Positions 1 through 7,769 of a stretch of DNA of 32,000 bases are shown in pieces. Source of the DNA: Candidatus Iainarchaeum sp. (GTDB lineage: Archaea > Iainarchaeota > Iainarchaeia > Iainarchaeales > 0-14-0-20-34-12); contig JAUSKK010000022.1 of the NCBI GenBank assembly GCA_030649345.1, forward strand, positions 1-32,000. Direction: 5' to 3'. The position numbers were made by a program, and so were the translations under genes. The notes under the pieces were generated by a model. The model was not told the origin of the DNA, made no database searches, and saw only the letters and a list, made by a program, of their open reading frames with translations. Numbering within the stretch: the first letter of the stretch is position 1; the number at the start of each line of letters is the position of its first letter.

Positions 1-1
1 T

Positions 2-1126
2 GAAATAAAGCAAGATTTCTTGGAAATTGAACAAAAATTGTTCAGCATAACCGAAGAACTGGAAACAGACTTTTTAAAGTTTATTAATCCATCAAATGCA
101 GTCAGCGAACGAAAACGCTTTTTCCAAGAACAAGCCAAAAGACAAGAATACAATCCGCGATTTGTTTACTTGCCCAAAAATCCAGTGTTTTCACATTTTT
201 CATTAAACCCAGAATTTGCACGCATTATGAAACAATTAAATGAAATTCAATTAGATGAAATTGGGTTGGGAAAATTAATTGGAAAAAAACGAATAGATTT
301 AATTAAAAAAATGGAATTCATTCGAAGCATTGGATCCAAAACATTCACAGAAAAAGCCATAGAATTTTTTGGAAAGCCGGAAACAAAACTAGTCAAAAAA
401 GCCGAAGAAGTCATGGAACTAGAAAAAGGAAATGAACTGCAAAACATTCGAGACTGGGACTGCATGGAAGAATTACACCAAGCTTTATTGAATAGAAATA
501 TTTATGATTGGAGAATTGTGGTAGATGAAAATTTAGCCAGCAATGCCAGTGTGCAAACTTTTCAAAAAATAATGAAAATACGCCAAGGAAGTTTTCATTC
601 CCAGCAAGGAATTCAAAGGCTTATTGTACACGAAATTGAAACCCATATTTACAGGTACTTGAATGGAGCTGCCCAAAAATACAAGATTTTTACCAATGGA
701 ACAGACCGCAATTGGCAATTAACCGAAGAAGGATTGGCAGTATACAATGAACAAGTTTTTGCAGTACACAACAATGACAATTTACGGGATTATGCCGGAC
801 GCGTTTTAGGAATTGAATATGGATTAAAGCATTCATTTTATGAAACTTTTTTGTTTTTGAAAAACTTTTTCGAAGACGACAAAGCCTATCAAATAACGCA
901 AAGAGTCAAACGAGGAATGCATGACACTCAAGAAAAAGGAGCATTTACCAAAGATTATTTTTATTTGCAAGGACTTGAAACAGTCAAAGAATTTGTAGAA
1001 AAAGGAAACAATCCCAAAATGTTATATTATGGAAAAATTTCAGTCGAAGACATAGAACACTTAAAAGAAATTCCGGAAATTATTGAACCTAAATTTGTGC
1101 CGGATTATTCTAAACTAAAAAATTAA
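2..1126 (+). CDS. DUF1704/MATCAP-like metallocarboxypeptidase-family protein; the 5' end is probably outside the window
   Basis: The frame is open from nt 2. The track ORF starts at a TTG (nt 20) and has no in-frame ATG for about 70 codons. It carries an HExxxH motif, HEIETH (nt 629-646), and a TEEGLA motif resembling the QEGLA motif of the DUF1704 family. Confidence 0.7.
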   Translation, partial: EIKQDFLEIEQKLFSITEELETDFLKFINPSNAVSERKRFFQEQAKRQEYNPRFVYLPKNPVFSHFSLNPEFARIMKQLNEIQLDEIGLGKLIGKKRIDLIKKMEFIRSIGSKTFTEKAIEFFGKPETKLVKKAEEVMELEKGNELQNIRDWDCMEELHQALLNRNIYDWRIVVDENLASNASVQTFQKIMKIRQGSFHSQQGIQRLIVHEIETHIYRYLNGAAQKYKIFTNGTDRNWQLTEEGLAVYNEQVFAVHNNDNLRDYAGRVLGIEYGLKHSFYETFLFLKNFFEDDKAYQITQRVKRGMHDTQEKGAFTKDYFYLQGLETVKEFVEKGNNPKMLYYGKISVEDIEHLKEIPEIIEPKFVPDYSKLKN

Positions 1127-1707
1127 TCCTGCAAACGCTGAATTTTATCTCGAATCATTTGCGCAAACCCTATAGGACCGGAAACAGCATTGCCAAATAA
1201 ATGAGGCACAAAATCAATGCGTTCACCTCTAGAAGAAACATGATACACTTTTTTCCCAGCATATTCGCGGGCTTGATGAGCTAAGTCACGCAAAGCATTG
1301 GCCACTTCACTGCAAGCATCCAAGGCTGCTTGTTTAGATCCTGCTTTTCGAATAAACGAGTACAGCCAAGCTTGTTCAATTTTTTTAGTTGAAAAAAGTT
1401 GGTTAACTAATTTTCGTTTAGCAGGAAAATCTTTTAACAAATTTCTGGAAACATGAAAGCGTACAGCTTGAGCAGCCAAAACACCGGAAACAGGAAACGG
1501 TAAATGCACCCAATGACTGGCAAAAAAAGCCATCTTTGAAGGAGTTAAAACATCCAATTGTTTTATTTCAGTTAAAAAACGTGCCCAAGGACCGCGAAAA
1601 GAAAAACGAGTGCCAACAGATCTGGGTTTAGTTAAAGCTTTGATTTTTCGTTTTGTTTTTTCAGTTAAAACAACTAGTTTTCGAATAGAAAAACGAGCAG
1701 ACTTCAT
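1123..1707 (-). CDS. hypothetical basic protein (194 aa), function unknown
   Basis: It is the only long ORF in this interval and starts at an ATG. Its stop overlaps the stop of the convergent gene within the palindrome TTAA (1123-1126). The protein is Arg/Lys-rich. I recognise no diagnostic motif set. Confidence 0.55.
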   Translation of the reverse strand: MKSARFSIRKLVVLTEKTKRKIKALTKPRSVGTRFSFRGPWARFLTEIKQLDVLTPSKMAFFASHWVHLPFPVSGVLAAQAVRFHVSRNLLKDFPAKRKLVNQLFSTKKIEQAWLYSFIRKAGSKQAALDACSEVANALRDLAHQAREYAGKKVYHVSSRGERIDFVPHLFGNAVSGPIGFAQMIRDKIQRLQD

Positions 1708-1779
1708 TAACCAATAAGGAATTAAGCACTATAAAAGGTTAATTAAAAGAAAATAAGAATTTTAGAAAAAAATAAATAT

Positions 1780-1887
1780 ATGGAAGGCAAAGTCAGGGAT
1801 CTGCACCTGTTTTTTGAAAAACAGTTAACAAATGTTGCAAAGCAGTGTGACTTTACCTCCTCAACTCCCAACACACTGTACCAGTAG
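1780..1887 (+). other. locally G+C-richer island in an AT-rich spacer; candidate 35-aa small ORF or structured small RNA
   Basis: An ATG at 1780 opens a 35-codon ORF (MEGKVRDLHLFFEKQLTNVAKQCDFTSSTPNTLYQ, stop 1885-1887). The same stretch can fold: GGAAGGCAAAGTCA (1783-1796) pairs with TGACTTTACCTCC (1847-1859) with one bulge and one mismatch. An inner hairpin CTGTTTTT/AAAAACAG lies at about 1807-1824. Confidence 0.2.
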
Positions 1888-1989
1888 TGATTGAAATAAT
1901 TTATATACCTTTTGCAAATTTCAAAAAAAATTGTCACAAAAACTCAGACAAAGAAAAAGAGTTTTACTTTTAAAGAAAAAACAAAAAAA

Positions 1990-2685
1990 TTACTGGGTTT
2001 CTTTTTCACTCAAGGAAAATGGGTTAAAATTGGTTTTTGTATCGTAATAGTCTTGGTTTTCTTTTTGTTTCAATAAGTTTACCACCCAATAGGTTACAGG
2101 AGTGAATAAAACTTCAATTCCAACTTTAAACACGTAATTAGAAACAATCAAAGCAACCAATACATCGATTGGAAGAACACCGTAAAAGGCAATTAAAGCA
2201 AATAAACCAGTGTCTATTCCTTGCCCGACAATAGTTGAACCAATGGTTCTAGACCATAAATGTTTTCCTTTGGTTAAAATCTTCATTTTAGCCAAAATAT
2301 ATGAATTCGAAAATTCTCCAGCAAAAAAAGCAATCAAAGAAGCTAAAACAATGCGAGGCACAAACCCTAAAATAGCTTCATACGCAGACTGAAACTCCCA
2401 ACCAGGACCTACAGGCAAAAAACCAACCAAGCCAATATACAAAGAGCCTACTGCAGTCAAGAAAAAACCAGTCCAAATCACTCTACGTGCTTTTTTGTAA
2501 CCATAGACTTCAGTTAAAATGTCGCCAAAGATATAAGATATAGGAAACAATAGGGTTCCAGCATCAAAAATCAGAAAGCCTAACTGAGTAATTTTAGTAG
2601 AAGTAATATTGGAAATAATTAAGATGGCTACAAAAGAAGCCATGATTAAGTCAAAATACTTGAATTTGCGTTCTGGAATTTCCAT
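1990..2685 (-). CDS. yhhQ: queuosine-precursor transporter, YhhQ/DUF165 family (multi-pass membrane protein)
   Basis: The 231-aa hydrophobic protein has the family-typical stretch FPISYIFGDILTEVYGYKKARRVIWTGF and about 6 predicted TM segments. Confidence 0.85.
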   Translation of the reverse strand: MEIPERKFKYFDLIMASFVAILIISNITSTKITQLGFLIFDAGTLLFPISYIFGDILTEVYGYKKARRVIWTGFFLTAVGSLYIGLVGFLPVGPGWEFQSAYEAILGFVPRIVLASLIAFFAGEFSNSYILAKMKILTKGKHLWSRTIGSTIVGQGIDTGLFALIAFYGVLPIDVLVALIVSNYVFKVGIEVLFTPVTYWVVNLLKQKENQDYYDTKTNFNPFSLSEKETQ

Positions 2686-2737
2686 ATACTAAAAAAAGGT
2701 ATGAAAAGAATAAAAACGAATCCTTGCAAGTTTGAGT

Positions 2738-4540
2738 ATGAGCCTAAACAAAATCGCAGTCATAGACTTCGGCGGACAGTATGCACATTTGATTGCACGA
2801 AGAATTAGAGAATTGGGCGTATATTCTGAAATACTTTTGCCTGAAGAAACACTCGAAAAATTCAAAAAATTTAAAGGAATTATTTTAAGCGGTTCTCCTT
2901 TTTCGGTCAAAAATCCAAAAGCACCCAAAATCAGCAAACAAATATTTGAACTAAGCATACCGATTCTAGGATTGTGTTACGGGCATCAATTAATTGCAGA
3001 ATTAATGGGCGGAAAAGTAGGAAATGCAGAAAGCAAAGAATATGGAAAAGCAGAACTTGAAATAATTGAAAAAACAAAGTTATTGGATGGATTGGAAAAA
3101 AAAGAAATTGTCTGGATGAGCCACGGCGATTCAGTTATCGAATTGCCTGCAAACTTTAAAGAAATTGCTCGAACCCATACATTGCGGAATGCTGGAATCA
3201 TGCATCAACAAAAACAAATTTATGGACTGCAATTTCATGCAGAAGTCAAACACACAGTACATGGAATGAAAATTTTAGAAAACTTTTTATTCAAAATATG
3301 CAAAACTGAAAAGGATTGGAATTCAAAACACTTTTTAGAAAACAAAATTAAAGAAATTCAACAACAAACAGAAAACAAAAAAGTTTTGGTCTTGGCCAGC
3401 GGAGGAGTTGATAGCACAGTATGCTTGGCTTTACTGGCCAAAGCATTGCCTTCCGAACAAATTATTGGATTGCATATTGACACAGGATTTATGAGATTCA
3501 ATGAAAGCAAAGAAGTCAAAAAAGCATTAAACAAAGTAGGTTATTGGAATTTGAAAGTCATTGATGGAAAATATGAATTCTTTTTTCCACTCCAAAGAAT
3601 TATAGATCCTGAAGAAAAACGAAAAATGATTGGAAAAAAGTTTGTAGAAATCAAGCAAAGAGAAATAAAAAAACTAGGATTGAATGAAAACGAATGGCTA
3701 TTGTGTCAGGGAACAATTTACCCAGATACTATTGAAAGTGCTGGAACCAAACATTCGGATAAAATTAAAACACACCATAACCGAGTCCAAGAAATATTGG
3801 ATTTAATTCAACAAGGAAAAGTCATTGAACCCATTCAAGAATTATACAAAGACGAAGTACGAAAATTAGGAATAGAATTAGGGTTGCCCAAAGAGCTTGT
3901 GCAAAGACATCCATTCCCAGGCCCAGGTTTAGCCATTCGAATTGTTTGCAGTGCTGGAAAACCAGAACAAGAACTAGAGTTATTGGAAACAAAAGTGAAT
4001 CAGGTAATTCGTGGAACAGAGTATACTGCAAAAATTTTACCCATTAAAAGTGTAGGAGTCCAAGGAGACGAACGAAGTTATCAACATGCAGCAATACTTT
4101 GCGGAAAATTGAATTGGAACGAATTGGAAAAACTCAGCATACTGATTACCAATCAAGTGAAAGAAATCAACCGAGTACTATATTGCGTTTGGCCGGAAAA
4201 TTTAACTAGCTTGAAAGTCAAAAAAGCACGATTGGATAAAAAAAGAATAGAACATGCAAGAAAATTAGATCAAACAGTAAACGAACAAATGAAAAAACAC
4301 AATTTATTGGAAAAAATTTGGCAGTTTCCCACAGTATTAATTCCAGTTCAAGTCAATTACAAACTAAATGAAAGTGTTGTACTAAGACCAGTGGAAAGCA
4401 CGGAAGCCATGACAGCTAATTTTTATAAAATGAAAAAAAAGATTTTAGAAGAATTAGTGGAAAAATTAAGAAAACAAAAAATCAGCGGAGTACTTTACGA
4501 TATTACGAACAAACCACCAGCTACGATTGAATGGGAATAA
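2738..4540 (+). CDS. guaA: GMP synthase (glutamine-hydrolysing), fused GATase + ATP-PPase, long form
   Basis: GATase motifs are GLCYGHQL and LQFHAEV. The PP-loop is SGGVDSTV. It also has HPFPGPGLAIR and the C-terminal NKPPATIEWE. I prefer the ATG at 2738 over the track's TTG at 2732. Confidence 0.95.
   Translation: MSLNKIAVIDFGGQYAHLIARRIRELGVYSEILLPEETLEKFKKFKGIILSGSPFSVKNPKAPKISKQIFELSIPILGLCYGHQLIAELMGGKVGNAESKEYGKAELEIIEKTKLLDGLEKKEIVWMSHGDSVIELPANFKEIARTHTLRNAGIMHQQKQIYGLQFHAEVKHTVHGMKILENFLFKICKTEKDWNSKHFLENKIKEIQQQTENKKVLVLASGGVDSTVCLALLAKALPSEQIIGLHIDTGFMRFNESKEVKKALNKVGYWNLKVIDGKYEFFFPLQRIIDPEEKRKMIGKKFVEIKQREIKKLGLNENEWLLCQGTIYPDTIESAGTKHSDKIKTHHNRVQEILDLIQQGKVIEPIQELYKDEVRKLGIELGLPKELVQRHPFPGPGLAIRIVCSAGKPEQELELLETKVNQVIRGTEYTAKILPIKSVGVQGDERSYQHAAILCGKLNWNELEKLSILITNQVKEINRVLYCVWPENLTSLKVKKARLDKKRIEHARKLDQTVNEQMKKHNLLEKIWQFPTVLIPVQVNYKLNESVVLRPVESTEAMTANFYKMKKKILEELVEKLRKQKISGVLYDITNKPPATIEWE
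4526..4540. repeat. direct repeat copy 1 (ATTGAATGGGAATAA), equal to the last 4 codons plus stop of guaA
   Basis: It is a perfect 15-nt match to 5305-5319. The two copies bracket the AbrB/PIN cassette. Confidence 0.6.
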
Positions 4541-4606
4541 TCTTACTTTCTTATTTTCCGAAAAGCACATTAAACCCAGTAGGCACTATTGTTAGGTGAT
4601 TGAGAT

Positions 4607-4885
4607 ATGGTTGAAGTGGAGTTAACCAAAATGAGTTCAAGAGGACAAATTGTAATACCTCAAGACATACGAAAGGGAATGAATTTGAAAGAAGGACAAG
4701 CTTTTGCAGTAATCCGAAGCGGGGACACTGTACTGTTAAAACAAATAATTACTCCTTCCAAGCAGGAACTGTTAAAACAATGGGATCGAATGGTAACTGA
4801 AGCAAACAAACAAGCCAAAAAATTAGGCATAAAAGAAAGTGATGTAAATAAAATTATTCATAGAAGGCGAAAAATGAATGATTAA
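4607..4885 (+). CDS. vapB: AbrB/MazE/SpoVT-family antitoxin
   Basis: The N-terminal swapped-hairpin motif is SSRGQIVIPQDIRKGMNLKEGQAFAV. An AGGTGAT RBS lies upstream. It overlaps the PIN gene start by 8 nt. Confidence 0.85.
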   Translation: MVEVELTKMSSRGQIVIPQDIRKGMNLKEGQAFAVIRSGDTVLLKQIITPSKQELLKQWDRMVTEANKQAKKLGIKESDVNKIIHRRRKMND

Positions 4886-5281
4886 AGTTGTATTGGACAC
4901 CAATATTTTAATTTCAGCAACCTTCTGGAAAGGCAATCCCTACAAAGTATTCAACCTCGTGTTGGAGAGAAAAATTCAAGGCAATATAACATTAGAGATA
5001 TTAGAAGAATACTCAAAAGTTTTGAAAAGAGACTTTCAATTAGGTGAAGAAGAAATTCAAAAAAGAACAGAAAGAATACTTGAGTCATTTACCACAGTTC
5101 ATCAGTAATAAAAGTTAATTTTATCAAAGACGATCCAGATGACAACAAAATAATTGAAGCAGCCATCACAGCAAACGCAGAGTATATTGTAAGCGGTGAC
5201 CCGGATTTATACAAATTGAAAGAAGTATATGGAATAAAAATAATGACACCCAAAGAATTTTTAGACACAGTCCATTTTTAA
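4878..5281 (+). pseudogene. vapC: PIN-domain toxin (TIGR00305-like) disrupted by a frameshift
   Basis: The N-terminal 76 aa (MIKVVLDTNILISA...) stop at TAA 5106-5108. The typical PIN C-terminus VNFIKDDPDDNKIIEAAITANAEYIVSGDPDLYKLKEVYGIKIMTPKEF continues in another frame (codons in phase with 5129) to TAA 5279-5281. The shift must lie between about 5084 and 5106. Confidence 0.8.
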
Positions 5282-5304
5282 GAAATACTATTTTTTGAAC
5301 ATGC

Positions 5305-5319
5305 ATTGAATGGGAATAA
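5305..5319. repeat. direct repeat copy 2 (ATTGAATGGGAATAA)
   Basis: It is a perfect copy of the guaA 3' end and lies 24 nt downstream of the PIN stop. Confidence 0.6.
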
Positions 5320-5451
5320 AGTCAGTATTGAAATCAAGTACACACTAAAGCAAATTGAACAAATTTAAAAGCAGTATCTTTTAGGAAACTAGCAAACAGA
5401 AATAGTCAAAAAAAATGATTGATTTTTATTTTATTATTGAACAAATAAAAT

Positions 5452-7749
5452 ATGCAATTCAAATTCTTTTTTTGGTTTTCTCTAATCTTAGTTCTTTTAA
5501 TTTTCTCTAATTCAGTTTCTGCGGCATGTTCTTCAAATTCAGATTGCCCTACAGGAACAGAATGTGATATGAGCATGGGTACATGGGGAGCCTGCACGCC
5601 AGCAGCCGCTACCAGCAATCCTTGTGGAGCAGTCATTTGCCAAGCCTATTGTGAAAATGGAGTTACTTACACCAATGGAGTTTGTGCTGCAGACAGCTCA
5701 AAAGCAGCCGGATATGTTTGCAATTACACCCAAATAATTTGTGAATCCAATCAATGTGATACAATTAATCCGTATAGTCAATTATCTGAAAGATGTGCAC
5801 CCACTCCAGAACCTGAGCCTGATCCAGTTCAGCCAACACAACCAGTGCAGAATTTGATTCAAGAAGTGAAAGGAATTGTTTACTATGTGGACGAAAAAAG
5901 CAATATTGTTCCAATACCGTATGCTAAAATTGTTTTTGAATACAATGACCCTCAAGGAAATCATCATGAAAATGCAAATAACTTTTTTACTTGGACGGAT
6001 GTAGATGGAAAATTTTCTTGGAGTAATAACACAGTATTCGCACCAGGAAACACAATTGATGTCTTGATTTCATTTGAAGACAAAGATGGAAAAATAAAAA
6101 TGGTCACTGATAATTCCAACATGTTTTATTTGGGAAGAAGTCTTTCACCCACAGATTCAATTTGGAATAATTTTGAAAAAAACTTAGACAATTGGGATAA
6201 CCGATCTTTGGGGAAAATTTACATTCATGCATTGAAAGCAGTTGCATTTAAAGAAAATGTATTAAAAGAAACACCCACTACTTTAGAAAATATATTGGCT
6301 TACACCAATGTCCATGGAACATCTCATTTAGGAGAAGTTTATTCCAGTAGCCCTAATGCACAAATCGGAATGCGCATTAAATATTCAGATGCTCGTTTTG
6401 CCAACCCCGAAGCTCCAACCAATCGAGAATTTCATGAATATTGCCATCATATTCAAGAAGAATCGTTTAACGAAAAACGAATTCCATTGGGCGGAGACCA
6501 TAATGGTTACTTTAACAATCCTTCAACTGAATGGGGCTTAATTGAAGGCTGGGCTGAATTTTGTGCATTGGAAATGAAACGATACTACAAAATTGGAAAA
6601 CCTTGGTTATACGAATATGGAAATCGTCAAGATAATTTAGAACTAGATTATCAAATGGATTCCAATCAAATGCCAAAGACTTCTGAAGAATTTGCAATTG
6701 CAGGAATTTTTTTAGACTTAAGAGATTCAGTTAATGACTATGGAGCACACGACGATGATGCAGTTGCATTGCCTTTGTCTGAAATTTGGAAAGCATTTTC
6801 TGAAATAAGAGACTTTGGAGACGGACAAGGAACAAGACACGTACACACAGTACGTGATTTATACGTAGCACTGAATGAAGTTACAGCAGACAATCAAGGA
6901 ATTCATACTCCAGACAGAGTTAATGGTTTGGATGCATTGGACACTATTTTTGTGCGCCATAAAGTATTCCAAGACATAGACTCCAATCGATACTGGAGTA
7001 CTGGAGAACAAATAGGTTATTCAGGCAAAGGGCAATTAATGCGAGAAGAAGTTGAACCAGAACCTGGAACAGATTTAGTATTCAATATTCAAAGCACCAG
7101 CGGAAGTTTATTAGCTACAAATCTTTTAGCACAAGTTACAGTAAGCTTGGATTCACCGAATGAATATTTATCGTATGATTACATTGTGCCTGTACAGAAT
7201 AACAAAATTAGTTTGCCTTTAATTCCAGAACAATATTCTGGAACCATTACAGTCACAGCATTGGAAGGTGGAACAGAACAAACTGCAGAAAATTCTTTTA
7301 CCATTACCAGTCAAGAAATGCAAACCAATGTTAATCCAGATCAACCTATTGGAACCTATACTTCAACCATTGAATTACAATCAGTTTCTTGCACAAATAC
7401 TTCAGAATGCGAATACTGGAATGCCGGCAATGAATGCAGCAGTTCACAACACACTTGTTATTTCAGTAATTTATTGGAAACTTCAGGAAAATTAGATTTG
7501 CAAACACAATCTTCGAACAATGAATCTGAAAGAAATTTAGATGAAACAGAAAATTCGGGAACTTTTTGTTCTGAAACAAATGCTTGCCCATATGGATATA
7601 ATTGTGTGAATGGATATTGCATCAAAGAAGGATCTGATCAACAACCTGAACCAGAAATGGATTGGGAAATTGTAGCTGCAGTTACAGTATTGGTATTGAT
7701 TGCAGGAATTTTATTTTCTAGAAAAAAGAATCCAATAAAACAAAACTAA
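5452..7749 (+). CDS. secreted, C-terminally membrane-anchored Cys-rich surface protein with a putative MA-clan zinc-protease domain
   Basis: The signal peptide is MQFKFFFWFSLILVLLIFSNSVSA. Cys-rich modules sit at both ends. A PEPEPDP linker follows the N-terminal module. HEYCH (HExxH, nt 6433-6447) is followed by GLIEGWAEF. The C-terminal TM segment IVAAVTVLVLIAGILF is followed by SRKKNP. Confidence 0.8.
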   Translation: MQFKFFFWFSLILVLLIFSNSVSAACSSNSDCPTGTECDMSMGTWGACTPAAATSNPCGAVICQAYCENGVTYTNGVCAADSSKAAGYVCNYTQIICESNQCDTINPYSQLSERCAPTPEPEPDPVQPTQPVQNLIQEVKGIVYYVDEKSNIVPIPYAKIVFEYNDPQGNHHENANNFFTWTDVDGKFSWSNNTVFAPGNTIDVLISFEDKDGKIKMVTDNSNMFYLGRSLSPTDSIWNNFEKNLDNWDNRSLGKIYIHALKAVAFKENVLKETPTTLENILAYTNVHGTSHLGEVYSSSPNAQIGMRIKYSDARFANPEAPTNREFHEYCHHIQEESFNEKRIPLGGDHNGYFNNPSTEWGLIEGWAEFCALEMKRYYKIGKPWLYEYGNRQDNLELDYQMDSNQMPKTSEEFAIAGIFLDLRDSVNDYGAHDDDAVALPLSEIWKAFSEIRDFGDGQGTRHVHTVRDLYVALNEVTADNQGIHTPDRVNGLDALDTIFVRHKVFQDIDSNRYWSTGEQIGYSGKGQLMREEVEPEPGTDLVFNIQSTSGSLLATNLLAQVTVSLDSPNEYLSYDYIVPVQNNKISLPLIPEQYSGTITVTALEGGTEQTAENSFTITSQEMQTNVNPDQPIGTYTSTIELQSVSCTNTSECEYWNAGNECSSSQHTCYFSNLLETSGKLDLQTQSSNNESERNLDETENSGTFCSETNACPYGYNCVNGYCIKEGSDQQPEPEMDWEIVAAVTVLVLIAGILFSRKKNPIKQN

Positions 7750-7769
7750 TTATTCAAAAAAAAATTGAA

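Noticed and set aside
629-646. Reading HEIETH as a classical HExxH zincin motif
   Set aside because: The spacing is HExxxH. It should be interpreted in the DUF1704/MATCAP context and not as a standard zincin.
1123-1707. Possible C5 DNA methyltransferase fragment (GNAV motif), or horizontally acquired gene because it looked G+C-richer
   Set aside because: Only a motif-X-like tetrapeptide is present, and motifs I, IV, VI and VIII are absent. My hand counts of four 60-nt lines (1141-1380) gave 23, 24, 30 and 25 G+C. A line inside hppA gave 31/60, while lines in guaA and the MFS gene gave 14/60. The variation therefore tracks protein composition and is not evidence of foreign origin.
2686-2737. 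preQ1 riboswitch upstream of the YhhQ-type transporter
   Set aside because: The divergent spacer to guaA is only about 52 nt and almost pure A/T. It shows no stem-loop or pseudoknot candidate and leaves no room beyond two core promoters.
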